Made by a program: the position numbers and the translations under genes. A stretch of DNA of 64,000 bases from Octopus sinensis (taxonomy: Eukaryota). The notes below the pieces were generated by a model. That model was not told where the DNA came from. It saw only the letters and a program-made list of their open reading frames with translations, and searched no databases. This document shows positions 1-13,523 of the stretch, one piece after another. Location of the stretch: contig NW_021836175.1 of the NCBI RefSeq assembly GCF_006345805.1, positions 3,800 through 67,799 on the forward strand, given 5' to 3'. Position 1 is the stretch's first letter. Every line of letters starts with the position of its first letter.

Positions 1-615
1 CGAACGATGAAACCATATCCCATCAGAAAAAAAAAACTTTATAAATATCAAGTACATAAATTCCCACTAACTTTTGTTTCTTGTTTCCGTTGATGCATGT
101 ATTCGAAAATATGGTTCGTTTTCTTTCTTTTTTCTTCTCATGAAGCAAAATCAAAAATGTTTCCATTCTGTATAATTTGATCGAGAACCAGCAGCTTTCA
201 TGTTTTATCAGAGCTTCGACTAAAAGTCTCTTTTTATAAAAATTTTCCCCCCTTCCGTGTTTCTAGTTCTGCGATGAAAAAATTTCTTCAAAATTCAAAG
301 TACTCTTCAAAACGATAATTTTTTTGGTTTCTATGCAACTTCTAAAAATTTTCAGTATAAACACATATTACAACGGTTTTTAAGCTTTAAAAGTTATATA
401 GGTACTATATTTCTGTTTTCTGAAGTAAATGTGAACATAAAACGAAGGATTGCTAAAAATAGAGGTGTAAAGCTACAACGCAACTCATAGAATGATATGA
501 GTGTTCTAACAGTTGAAGGCTGAACGCCGATGTCAATTTGACATTCAATATCGTAAAAAAATACATTATTATAAACAAATCCATTTTATATATACCTTAC
601 ATTTTTCAGTAATTA

Positions 616-2626
616 CACTGGGCAACTAAAAAAGATTTATTGTCTGCACTCAGATTAGTCAGGTTTTTGAGCTATACGCATAATTATATATTAATATTAT
701 ATTAGAACAAGGAATACTTAAGTTCAAGGTAACTAATTATTATAATAGTATATTAGTACTGTATGTAGTAAATTTATGTTCAAGGCAAATAGTGTTATAA
801 TATAATGGTACATAGTATATTTATGTTAAGGGAATACTCAATTTATTTTTGATATGCTGAACTCAGAAACGTTTGATACACTTGCTCTGGTGATTGTGCG
901 TCGTGCTGGTCTCTCATTGTAGGAACCAGCAGTAGCCTCCCATCATGTATGGATTGAACTGGCCTTGATACCTCGTTTCCATCTCAGATAAGTCCTGCTG
1001 GAACCTCTCACCATGCTAGTCACTAGGGGCAGGATGATTCGTTGGAAAAAATCGAGAAGAGAATGCAAGAAGTGCATTTTAAGGAACATTCGGCATTCCA
1101 TTCTTTCATACGCCGTTAGCAGGTTGTTTATTAAATCAATATAGTTTTCAACTCTATGATTTCCAAGAAGTTCCGTGCAACTAACACGAATGAATCCCAT
1201 GCTGTCAGTTCAACTGGGTTCAGTTTATCACTGAATTTGCTATCAGACATCAATTCTCTGATCTCGGGTCCAATGAAAATGTCTGCTTTCAGTTTTGCGT
1301 CACGTTTATCTGCACCAGACTTTACATTTAGATACTGAAAGCCACAACCATCGTGTGTCATTGCTTTTACGAAGTTTTTCATGAGGCCGAGTTTGATGTG
1401 AAGGGGTGGAAGGAAGGTATTTTACGGGTCTACCAGTGGCATATGCTGTACCGGTCAACCATGCGCTCATCTCTTTTAGGCCAGTCATTTACAGTGTAAT
1501 AATATTGCTGTCGTCGTGGCTGTCCGAAACACACAATGTGCACATATTTTTAGTATATCCCAGCTGCAGTCCTAGGAGGAGGGAAATGGAAATTTCCGTA
1601 CCTTGCTGTAGGAGATTCTGTTGTTGTAGTTTGGATACCAAAGCCCCTGCCCTCTCCTTTGACAAATTGCTAGGTCTCTAAATAAATCGTTCAAAACTCT
1701 TTGATTAAACTAGCCAGGCTCATTTTTCTTAGAATCAACTATGTACTCTTAGTCAATAGGAGATTCATGGTGTTCATTGTGCGACATGCCAAGATCTTCA
1801 AGTGAATCATGTGAGAGGGAAACTGGGACAGGGTTCTTGAAGTCATGTGGGACCAGTTTTAGAGCCGATTTACAATCTGCATACGCAATTTTGCTTTGGT
1901 CTACTTTGAGAGAATCTATATTAGTCATGCAAATGTAACAATCAGAGACATGATTGGCTGACTTACGCCATACCATTGGTACAGCAAAAGACATTCCCTT
2001 CCGTTTTCCATTAAGCCACTGTATAAGCCCCGAGTAACACACGGTGAAGCATATATGAGGTGCCAACCTCTTGTCTTGGTGCCCAACTTTACACCCGAGA
2101 AGATATTTATAGGCAGTTTTAATTTGATGTCAATGTTCTTCCGCTGGTCACGCGGCGCAATTTTTCCACAGACATAACAAAAGTTGTCTGGATGATTCAC
2201 ACAGCCTTTCCTATTCCTGATCTAACACAATGAACACAGTTAAAACAAAAATCACGCCTAGCGAGAGATACTCATACCACACGTGACGGCAGCGCAAGCG
2301 GCACTGAGAGTTACTAAGAACAAACTGATGTATTTGGCATTGTACACAATGAGTCAGCGCCATCTATTGCTAAACTAAATATTGAACATTCTCATCGTTT
2401 GTTTTATTGCTGTGATTTCTTTAATTTTGAATTAAGACCGCTTTCATTTTAACAAATTTTATAAAAGGCATATATCTAGCCAAAAGTATAGTTGTAATCT
2501 TTCCTATGCGTATAACTGAACATCCTGAGGTGCTAGAACAATTCTGAGTCCGGGTTCGTAATCAGCATCCTCGATTTAGTTTAAAACATGCTTTTACCGC
2601 AGTAGCAAACTCTTTGTTGTCCAGTA
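616..2626 (-). mobile_element. Chapaev3-like (CMC superfamily) DNA transposon, internally deleted and decayed
   Basis: Imperfect 11-bp TIRs CACTGGGCAAC (616) / GTTGTCCAGTA (2616-2626), flanked by TTA on both sides (3-bp TWA TSD). Internal minus-strand transposase fragments. Confidence 0.8.
863..2200 (-). pseudogene. Chapaev3-type transposase remnant (frameshifts and stops)
   Basis: Motifs NHPDNFCYVCG, FAVPMVWR...H..DCYIC, KADIFIGPEIRELM, LKMHFLHSLLDFF and RYQG...MMGGYCW, spread across ORFs 1925-2200, 1749-2066, 1131-1382 and 943-1200. Confidence 0.8.
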
Positions 2627-3186
2627 TTATGATGCTTCCCCGATAAATCTATTTGCCAAGTTTGAAGATAATTACTGCAAAAACACATAATAGAATCTAA
2701 AGAAAAGCGTTTGTTTCCTTATCTTAAAGTACACGGACATGATGTAATGTTATAATCAGTACAGGTTATATATTAGAAAGCATGCGATTCACGTGTGCAA
2801 GCCACATCGAAAATTCCATATCTTTCAGACGAAAATAGGCGAAATGACTTTAGCATTGGTGCATACATTAGATCGTTTATGCGATACTTCAAAGTAAATC
2901 GCTTCAATGATATATGTATGGGTGCCCATGTGTATGTATGAGTTGATTCTCATTTTAGCTGCATGATTATATCTTTCATTGTTTGATTGTTTCTTAGGCT
3001 GTTACGTAGGTGGAGATAAATATATTCAAACATATACGCGACTGTAGGAATAATATTTTGGCAGAAATAGAAAACTTTCTAATTTGGCAGTCATTTTGCA
3101 TAATATGATCTCTTGCAATTTGGCAGACAACGACATCCGGTGAAATTACACATACATAAATATTGCATGTATATAAACACATATGT

Positions 3187-3300
3187 AAGTATGTATGTAT
3201 GTATGTATGTATGTATGTATGTATATATGTATGTATGTATGTATGTTTGTATGTATTTATGTATGTATGTATCTGTTTGCATGCATGTTTCTATGTATGT
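3187..3300. repeat. (TATG)n microsatellite
   Basis: Direct reading; explains ORFs 3091-3381 and 3113-3331. Confidence 0.95.
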
Positions 3301-5399
3301 GCTGCGTGATTGTGTGCGCTTGTGCATGTGAGCTTTATCAGAAACGCTATCGACTTTTACTTCAGTGAATTTGTTCCCCATTTATATGGATAAAATTAAC
3401 AAATACACGTTGCTTAGATTATATTCTATTTACACACATGTTTACTAATCTCTTCATTGATTTCTACCAAGCAGATGCATTTAATATATCTCAAACAAGA
3501 ACACACCTCAAATCTATTTAAAACGTCAATGAATACTTGGATTGCAGACCTGTGCAGGCTTACTGAAATATAAAGTTATTCTCATGTTTTCACATTCAAC
3601 AAGTGACAAACACCATGTGTTAACATTTCTGCTCAGGTCAACCCATTGTCTGAAAAAAAACACACAGACACTTACACACGAATTATCAGGTGTATACATT
3701 CATTCATATATATATATATACATATACACATGCATACATATATATTTTATCATTATTTAAAAAGACCGAAAGCAGGTTGGGGAAAGTTGAGTAAACCCAG
3801 CAGCAACATGCACAAGATAACATGTTTTTTCACGTCCGAGCAGCATTCTTTCGGCCATTTTGCTGCCGTTGGGGAACACTTAAAATTTGTAATGGTTCAT
3901 ATAGATAGCTAGAGGGTAATGAATGAAACAGGGAGAGAGAAGGGGAGAAAGAGAGAGTAATTCCCATACTGTTTGAAATTCCAGTTTCACGGTCTCCGTC
4001 AGGCTTTTTCAGTTCTATTCCCAGACACCCTATAAAGAAAGGGTTTTGATACAACTTATTACGAACAGTAAGTAATTAATGGGGGTTCGTCTTCTTTCTT
4101 TTTCTTTCTTTCTTCATAAGAAGAAGTTGTAACATCAATGCACGTGGTTGTACGGATGTAATAGCCATCTGTGAGATCAGGATTACATGCATATAATTTA
4201 CAGTGTCCATTATTGATCATTCTGAGATCCACGCATTTCTGACCCGACCTGTTATGGCAGGTGGAATGGAGGAGTGGTTACGCATAATCCTGGGTCTTAG
4301 ACACGGTCAATATTCTTGGATATAGACGGCAATATGTTGGTCCTAATCATGAAAAATATCTGTTGTGTGGACGCCCCCAGACGATGAAGTGGGCTAGCCC
4401 AATACGTACATATAGAGGGAGAAGCCTACACGTCAGGAGTAGCAGTCGGAGAAGCGTTGAGTAGAGTTCAGTAGAGACAAGAACAGAATAGTAGGAGCAG
4501 AGCAGAGTTTAGTAGAAGGCATCCAAACGTGCGACATAACAATATCGAAGGTGACGCAAACCTTAAAAAACAGACTTAGAAAAGTAGTTAAGTGAGAGAT
4601 GACTATGGCACACCGCAAAAACCGACTGTGGTTACCTTGGGAAAATTAGAGTCGATAATTTTAAGAGATCGTGTTTTCTAGAGAAAAAGGTAAGGTAGTT
4701 AGAGATCAAGAAGAAATGAACAGGAGAGGCATTGTGCCTGATATCCTGGTGGCGTTGTTACAGCAAGATGGCTGGCTGCAAGGCATGAGGACGAAGCTGT
4801 AAGGTGGGCCCCAGATCGTAGATGTGGAATATGATAACAAATCCACAATTTGGTTTTAATAAATGATAAGCTGTGCTCGCCTCCCGAATCCAAGCAGATA
4901 TATAAGGATCTTCAGTGGTACTTAGTTGAACTGTCTGCAGTGCTTGTGAAGACGGGGTTTTTTTGAATTCACTTCCTACTGTAATGACATACCGAAATTC
5001 TCGTATAGGAAAGTATAGTACAGCGATAACAGCTGACTGAATACCGGTATTTGTGGCTTACTGCACAAGTAAGAGACCGCTGGAGCTTAATGGTCTACCC
5101 TACGAACTTTATCTTTATATATTATAGACTTGCTCTTTGGCCTCTTGGCAGATCTCTATTGCAACTAAAGCAGAACGGGAAATTTTCTCTGCTTGCAAAG
5201 CGAGGTGTAGGGTTTTTGCTGAAAAAGGAGCTAAAGAAGTGTGGTGATTTCGATAACTTCTGACATGCAACCCTAATAAATCTGTGTTAAATATCTTGGT
5301 CAGGTATTTATCAGGTGATTGTGGCCTGCTGTCGACAGTCTGGTACGTTCGAAACAAATATGCGCCATCTCAAACATCTCTGTCCACAACTTCCGTCTC

Positions 5400-6960
5400 A
5401 TAGGATTCATTATAGAAAGGACGGTTAAAAAGCTTTGAGTAGAGATTTGATCAAATAAGATCAATGGAATCCTTTAGATATGGCTAATCGTCAATACTTG
5501 CAGCTGCTCTATTTTCTATCTTTTCTAGTTCTTTAATAAGTAGTTTTGAAAATAAAAATAATTCGAGAAACGGTCTGCATTTTTTCTCCCAGATATTGCA
5601 TTACTACAGCTACAAACTCCGGTGAGATTTTGTTCCCATTGCCGTGACTGATATTTGTACGCATGCTGGTTGTCAAAGAGGTGTTTATTTTCCAGTACTA
5701 AACACAATTCTTCATGTATCAAATCCTTTAACAATCTCTCCTGAATTCTTTGTGGGTATTTGTCAATACAGAATTCAACTACTTCTAATCTTAACCTATG
5801 TGGGATATTTGTATAGACATTGGTTAAGTCAAAGCTAACTACGATTGTCTCTTTCTTTTAAGTTGTAATTGATTTCCTTATATTCACAAATGTTTGGAAG
5901 TCCATAAAATTTACTTCTTTATACCTCTAATTAATTAGTGAAGTAATTTAATCCTTTTTCGTTAAGTCATTTCTTAATTTTCCTTTGAATTTACCAATTT
6001 TACTTCTTGTTCGTTTATCTGCATTCACTTCCGACATTTGTAGGAATATTGGTCATATAGTTGTTCTAAGACAATTTTCCTGTATCCTTTATTACAATGA
6101 CTTCGCCTTTGTCTATTTCTTTAAAGAGTTTAGAAGAGTATTTCTGTAGAAATTCTAATGGTTTTTGTCCTTCATTTATAATGTTTGTATTTATATGGTT
6201 TGTTGGAATGCTTGAGTATGCAAGTCTCTTCTGACGCATTGTGCATTTCTCTAAGTGTTTATTCCGGTTTCTCGGCGATTTAGATCTGGTTTTGTTTTTC
6301 ACAGGAAGTATTCCTGCTGACAAAGTTTCCTGCAAAATTCCTCAACACTTTTTAAAAATATCTTTCGTGTCCGGTTTGGAACTTGTTATGCATTTGAGTC
6401 CATAAACCAGAAGTTTGGTTTCCATGAGGTTTCACTGTGAGAAGTCAATTAATTTTGGGTCGATTGTTTCAATATTTTCTTGACTCTGTATCGCCGGGGA
6501 TTTCTTTCGGTTCTGCTTGGAGTTTCTCTTTCCTAAAAATTCTTCTTGTTTTGTGAGTCATAAGTACCCTGTCTTTCAGTTCTTGTTTTGTATTGGGCTG
6601 ATTTTGCTTGCTTTTTGTAACATCTACATTGATATTGTGTTACATTCGTAAGATTCCTGCATTTCAAAGAAGTTGCATTCTCTTGGTGTGTGGTCTTGTT
6701 CATCATATGTTCTTTTGTTTCTCTATTTTCGTTTGTTTTTTCAAATGTTATTGTTTGGGAGTTATTTGTTATGGTTGAGTTTATGTTGTTATGAAATAAT
6801 AACAACTCATGGAGAGACGATTTGTTGCCTTTGATTATTTTTAGATTCGACTTGTCAGTATGTACGAGAAGTGTTATGGTTCTTTTGTTTGGTTCCCTAA
6901 TATTTGTCTTATTTTAATCTTTCAACAATCCTGTTCCGTACTCTGGTTCTAGTATTTTAT
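5400..6960 (-). pseudogene. Penelope-like element reverse transcriptase remnant
   Basis: Manual minus-strand translation gives IVVSFDLTNVYTNIPH (~5799-5845, PLE RT motif A), then VLEN...FDNQ and, after a frameshift, TAMGTK (~5628-5645, motif B). A decayed Y(I)DD lies near 5490-5500. The 5' end lies just short of the (TA)n tract at ~7010. Confidence 0.7.
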
Positions 6961-7010
6961 TTGATTTGGATACTCTCTCTCACACAAACACACACAAATG
7001 CTGCACAATG

Positions 7011-7048
<38 letters not shown>

Positions 7049-7239
7049 ATAATATATATATATGAATAAATAAAAACAGAAAATTCAGTGAAAACATTGT
7101 CTTCTTGAAACAAATTTCAGTTACAAATGTGATGTTGTTGGTAAAGCATGTTCTTTGTCTATCTCCTTATTCTCTTGGAGATTTTGGGTAAAATGATACT
7201 AATGTGTCCTTCTAATTTAATTAAATTCTATGTCTTTGT

Positions 7240-7329
7240 GCAGCTGAAGATTGCTCTACAATTTAAATTGATGTAATGAAATCACTGCATTGTTCAATTA
7301 AATGGAGCCGCACGAAACGATCGTACTAC
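7240..7329 (+). ncRNA. Type I hammerhead ribozyme motif (slightly decayed) in a PLE-like remnant
   Basis: GCAG-CTGAAGA-(long stem II ending GCAC)-GAA-ACGATCGT (palindromic stem III)-A-CTAC. The inverted partial copy at 7400-7456 reads CTGC, which pairs perfectly with GCAG. Confidence 0.6.
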
Positions 7330-7359
7330 ATTACCTCTGGATATCCTTGTTGCTTATTT

Positions 7360-7403
<44 letters not shown>

Positions 7404-7456
7404 AAATAAGCAACAAGGATATCCTGAGGTAATGCAGTACGATCGTTTCGTGCGAC
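7307..7456. repeat. ~55-bp inverted repeat flanking a (TA)n tract
   Basis: 7307-7363 versus 7400-7456, few mismatches. Confidence 0.9.
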
Positions 7457-7967
7457 TACATTATATATATATATATGGATGCACTTACACATACTCATGT
7501 ACACAAACACATGAATACAAACACACACACACAAACATATATCACCCACCCACACATATATGTAATTTACAAGCAAAAGAAGCAGTATCAGTGTCGAACA
7601 ACCACCTTTTTAAAATAGTTTACGTGGATATCCCGTGAGGACACCATGATACTGCGATTTATCGTGTTGAGAAAAATATCCCTGATACTTGCAACTGATG
7701 TAATTTCAACTACATCAATTGCAGGTATCAACACGGATGAAGTTTTGATACTATGCGATGATACTAGATGCTTGCTGCTGAAAAAGTGCAGACTCGCAGA
7801 AATCACTGACCCACTGCCGCTGCTGGTCATTTTTTAAATTCACTACTGATATTCCTCTTGTTAACATTCGCCTGTTCCCAAGAAAATTTAAAGATAATGA
7901 CGTCACTTTGCTTTCTTTGTTTATGATATATCTAGTAACCACATTGTGTCAACGCTTCCATATTTCT

Positions 7968-8195
7968 TATTTCTTTACTACCCGCAAGGGGCTAAACACA
8001 GAGAGGACAAGGAAGGACAGACAAATGGATTAAGCCGATTATATCGACCCCAGTGCGTAATTGCTACTTATTTAATCGATCCCGAAAGGATGAAAGACAA
8101 AGTCGACCTCGGCGGAATTTGAACTCAGAACGTAACGGCAGACGAAATACCGCTAAGCATTTCGCCCGGTGTGCTAACATTTCTGCCAGCTCGCC
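7968..8195 (-). mobile_element. tRNA-derived SINE family A, monomer
   Basis: A-box TGGCAGAAATGTTAGC, B-box GAGTTCAAATTCC, 3' end GTAAAGAAATA on the minus strand. Confidence 0.85.
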
Positions 8196-9059
8196 ATATT
8201 TCTACTACTGGAGTAGGATGGGTGATTTCGAAGTCATCTGGCCTTAATCAATGGTGTATTTAGAAAAAGTATTACGCTTATTTTCTTTAGGTGTTTCATA
8301 TATAACGGTTCAGTACATATTCCTGGATAATCATTTTGTATTTGTTCATAATGTTTAATTTGTGCACATTGATTGTGTCTTTGCTGATCCCTTTAATGAC
8401 GTACCAAGTGTAAGTGGGAACTTTACAGGATGTTTTATAATAGTATAATACTATTGTGTTAATACTTGTGTGTCAGTGGCTACTACGCATATACAATTCT
8501 TAATTCTGACCTCATGGCAAGTGAAACAGTATGATCGGAGAGATTGTATCATAATATCGCGATCAAGCTGATTATATCTGTAGACCATAATTATTGGCTA
8601 ACTTTACTTATAAATTAGTTAACGATTAATTCCTATGACTGTATTTTTTTTCTCCTTATATTGGATTAATTAGAAGTGTGCATTAGTTGGACAAGTAAAT
8701 GACATAACACGGCATAAATCAATATATGCGCTTCCAGTGATGCGATATATTCATGAAGTAGTCGGGAATCTAATTACCAAGTAATTACGTATTAATGCTT
8801 ATCTCTATTCATTTATGGAACGAATTGAAGAGGACCTTATTATATGACAAACATAGTTGTATATCTCATATCCGGACATGGCAATTTGTAAACATACAAG
8901 TGGAGAGGAATATGCGGTCGGTTGCATTTAATTAGCAATAACAATATCTTATGTTAAGCTATTCGTGAGATCAGTCCAAACACCTGTCCTCAAATTGTAA
9001 TTAAAACGTACTAATTCTCGTTCTAATTATATCGGCAAATATTTGTTTGTATGAGGACG

Positions 9060-9162
9060 TATGTATGTATCTATGTATGTATGTATGTATCTGTCTGTCT
9101 ATCTATCTATCTACCTACCTACCTACCTACCTACCTACCTACCTACCTACCTACCTACCTAC

Positions 9163-9193
<31 letters not shown>

Positions 9194-9206
9194 CCTACCT
9201 ACCTAC

Positions 9207-9297
<91 letters not shown>

Positions 9298-9380
9298 CCT
9301 ACCTACCTTCCCTACCTGCCTATCTACCTACCTATCTATCTACCTATCTATCTATCTATCTATCTATCTGTCTACCTCTC
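9060..9380. repeat. Compound (TATG)/(CTAT)/(CTAC)/(CTGT) microsatellite
   Basis: Direct reading. Confidence 0.95.
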
Positions 9381-9865
9381 TATCGTTTTTGTGTTTGGCT
9401 TGCAACATACTCGATGTGTATGGGTGTGTTGAAACAAATTCTGTTGTCGTAGAGGAGTCATTACGCTTATGATAATGACTTTAATAATAACAACAACAAT
9501 AACAACCACAACAATAATAATAATAATATAGCACACACATACGGGCATGTGATATTATTAGTATTATTAGTGTAATGGCATATATATATATATATATTCA
9601 ACGTACTTTAATCTGTTTAATTCATTCCGACGACAGAGCATAGTTCAAACATCGCATAACACAATTAATACTAATCGTATCTAATTAAGGTACGATTCTA
9701 CAATCATGTGGCCAAGGTCAGTTGATTGAACCGGAACAATTACTTAATTATTACATAGTCTAACGACATCGTAAAGTTGAAATGCCATATTCTGTACAGT
9801 CGAGCCGTAAAATAACAGAATTTTACATGAGAATGTTATTTATTGGACAGATTTCCACTCTTGCT

Positions 9866-10251
9866 TATTTCTTTATTGCCCAAAAATGGCTACACACAGA
9901 GGGGACAAACAAGGACTGACAAACGGATTAAGTCGATTGTATCTACCCCAGTGCGTAACTGGTACTTATTTAATCGACCCCGAGAGGATGAAAGGCAAAG
10001 TCGACCTCGGCGGAATCTGAACTCATAACGCAGCGGCAGACGAAATACCTATTTCTTTATTACCCACAAGGGGCTAAACACAGAGAGGACAAACAAGGAC
10101 AGACAAACGGATTAAGTCGATTACATCGATTCAAGTGCGTAACTGGTACTTAATTTATCGACCCCGAAAGGATGAAAGGCGAAGTCGACCTCGACGGAAT
10201 TTGAACTATGCATTTCGCCCGGCGTGCTAACGATTCTGCCAGCGCGACGCC
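9866..10251 (-). mobile_element. SINE family A, dimer (one head plus two ~185-bp bodies)
   Basis: Junction AAAGAAATA|GGTATTTCG at ~10048; flanking near-TSD AAG(C/A)AGAGTGGAA. Confidence 0.85.
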
Positions 10252-10844
10252 TTTTCCACTCTTCTTATTGTAACACACTCAGAGGAACGAAACGTACACT
10301 TGCCCGGCTTATTAAATATAGTCTTGTTTCTTAAGTGTCAGGTTTGCATCTCTTTTCGTGAATGAGAGACACATGGCACATGTCATATGTGATACTATTA
10401 GGATAAATGGTGGATTTCTTTACGTTAATAGTAGCGTCAATATTGTGACTAGTTTACCTCGTACATGTTAATGGGACTTCGTATCGCACGGACAAAAACA
10501 CTATACAATGTGTGTCCTAAGAGCTTTATTATTCTCTTCGGACAGATCTGCCAATCTTTTCTCTGTCTGTCAGTATCTGTTTCTCTCTCTCTCTCTCTCC
10601 TCATCTTCAATATCTCTGACTGCTAACGTAACTACAGCCCAACACATCACACACATATATTATTTAATTTTTAAAATTCTTTTACTTGTTTCAGTTATTT
10701 GCTGAAGAACAGTATTTAGTCGAACAAATCAACCACAGGACTTATTCTTTGTAATACAGTTCTATATTTAAGAGATGGGGAATTATGTACTTTATTTACA
10801 TTATTTACAATTGGTGGATATTTGTCCTCATCTCGTTTGTTGTT

Positions 10845-10890
10845 AACACAATTTTTCGGCTGATATACACTCCAGCCTTCATCGGGTATC
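10845..10890 (-). ncRNA. Minimal type I hammerhead motif (decayed stem III) in a short retro-remnant (~10735-10920)
   Basis: Minus strand reads GATAC-CCGATGA-A-GGCTG(10 nt)CAGCC-GAA-AAAT-T-GTGTT. Stems I and II pair; stem III is not palindromic in this copy. Confidence 0.55.
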
Positions 10891-10922
10891 TTGAGAAAAT
10901 TTAAAACCTGGGTTCTCATTCC

Positions 10923-10933
10923 TGTTGTTGTTG

Positions 10934-10996
<63 letters not shown>
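10923..10996. repeat. Compound (GTT)(ATT)(AGT) trinucleotide microsatellite
   Basis: Direct reading. Confidence 0.95.
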
Positions 10997-11017
<21 letters not shown>

Positions 11018-11132
11018 TATATGCCCCATATATGATTAAAAGACTTCATCAGTTGGTGTTATTGAGTTAGACATGACCTGGGCCTATCCTGACCGAAACA
11101 AAGTTATACACACACACACATGTATATATATG

Positions 11133-11200
<68 letters not shown>

Positions 11201-11362
11201 TTGTGTGTGTGTGTGTGTATGTATATATACATATACAAATTTAGGGACTGGTGTCGAAAGAATTTAGGTTCCTTATGCTTCCTAGCTAGTAGAACCTTGG
11301 TAGTAGTAATTACTCAAAACAGGTGTACTCGGCTAGTTACGCATATATATATACACATGTAT

Positions 11363-11402
<40 letters not shown>

Positions 11403-12214
11403 GGTTCACTTTGATCTAGAGTAGTAACATCTCTTAAGGTCCCAGCTATAAGTACAGTAGCATATGAGCATCGGGATGTAGAAAAATTGGCTCAGTTTCC
11501 GAGAGTGTAGCGAACGTAGTGGGAATGGGGAACCCTGCTCTTTGTTAAGGGTAACTCGTATATAAAATCTGTTGTTCTATTGAGCCAGATATCTTGCACT
11601 TTGCTTGTCTTTGGGCTCCTTGGTACTGCAAGTTAGAGTCGTAATGGTCTTTTATTATAAGCCTCCCTCGTCTTAATAACTTTACACAGGCACTGCTTAC
11701 ACCACCTGTCAGCGGCGGTCATGCTCGTCTAACCAGTAGACAGCCATCATGTATGTATATCACCTGCTGGTTGACCAGATAACTATTTGATTTGTTAACT
11801 CAATACCGAATATCACATATTAAATGCAACAGCGAATATTCTCGGGAAATGAGACGTGAAAATAAATCATGTAATAAAAGAAAGTTCTACTGGAGCAAGA
11901 AATATATAACATTTTAAAGCTGGAGATGATGAGGACGTATGTTTATGGAATCACTATTCACACTCCCGATAAAAATATGTATCAAGTTAGAAAAAGAGTG
12001 TGAGAGAGGAGAGACCGAAAAATTGCATGAACCATCTTAGGATAATGTCGTCTAACTCATGACGGCTTGATTTGCTATAAAGTTATGAATAGTACCAAAA
12101 TCTTCCCAAGTTACAAACTGCTACATTAAAAGAAATGTAGAAAATTGAATGTTATCTTACTTGATGAAATATCTCTGAATATAAGGTGGGATGTTCGTGC
12201 ATGGAACGCGGAAT

Positions 12215-12375
12215 TTCTTCTCGTACTTTATTGAGTTCGAATTCCGCTGTGGTAGACTTTACCTTTCATTCTTTGAGGGTTGATAAAATGAGTAGCATTT
12301 GGGAACTGGGGTCGAAGTAATCGATCTGCCCCTCTCCTCGAATTCCAGGTTGTGTGCCTATTGTAGAAAGGGTTA
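12215..12375 (+). mobile_element. SINE family A-related subfamily with a different 3' tail, decayed
   Basis: GAGTTCGAATTCC B-box and central CCTTTCATTCTTTGAGGGTTGATAAAA; a similar decayed copy lies at ~34208-34365. Confidence 0.6.
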
Positions 12376-13462
12376 CTTTTATTACTTTCTAATGCGTTAA
12401 TAATTAAGGGAGTTATTTTGTATATACCTATCATCTAGCTTATTTGATAATCTGGAGGATTTGCGGCAGTTAGTTATTGTTTATTTCTGTTTACTACCCA
12501 AAGATCTAAATATGAGCCACATTTTTGTTAAGCTTCCTCTTGTAAAGTACAAAGTGCTAATGTATGAATAATAACCTGGTGTTGGAATAAAACCACGGAA
12601 GTAAGATGATAATTGAAGAATCAACCCGAAACAAATTCTTATCAGTTGACGTAATAATTCTTTGCAGAGCCAGAATTCTACGATAAATTTATCAAGACTA
12701 TAAAAGAATTGTCTTTCGCGTGCATTCATTAGAAAACTACAACTCTTTCCGCAATCGCCATGGAACAAAAGTTTCGTCTTTTCAAATATATAATTGAAAG
12801 CTTATGTTACAAAATTCATTGCAACTTTAAAATTTAGATACTGAATAGCAATTCAAGATTATACTTGGAACATTGTCTATTTTTCATGCAAATACATGTG
12901 GTTAAACAAACATAGGGTAGAGTTTCAAACTATTTATGTTTCCTCAAATATATAAACCTCCAAGTCCATTGTGCAAATATGTAGATGCCGGTAATCGTTT
13001 CCACCTCTCTTTAATGTCTTTTGCGGCGTAGAGGTTTAATATTTCACACAATAAATGTTTTGATGGAAGATAAAACAGTCCCTATCTTAACATTGTTTGT
13101 TTGCAACAACAAAAAAAAAAATGTTTTGCTAGCAGGCTGAATTTAACTACGTCTACACTCCCACTGACGATAACAATATCACAATGTGCACTAAATAAGA
13201 CACCGCAAATAACCAATTGGTATTTTTATCGGAAGACTAATTTTGTTTTTTATTTCGTATATTTTCATTTGTCTTGCTCATTTTTACATTTTGGCGTTTT
13301 GCTGAGATTTTTCTTGAGAAAACATTCTTCGTGGTAATGCCGATTTGACGTCTACATTTAGCATATTAGGAGTCCACTTTAGTGGATATTCCACTTAATT
13401 TTGTATGTTATATATATATTATATATATATGTAAGACCAAAGGGGTACGGGCGGCGCTATAT

Positions 13463-13517
<55 letters not shown>

Positions 13518-13523
13518 AAAAAA

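Noticed and set aside
4150-5330. GC-richer stretch with a ~100-codon open minus-strand frame; possible retroelement or GIY-YIG remnant
   Set aside because: No motif could be recognised with confidence; needs tBLASTx or HMM search.
7588-7860. Possible host exon (overlapping ORFs on both strands)
   Set aside because: No recognisable domain and no convincing splice-site pair.
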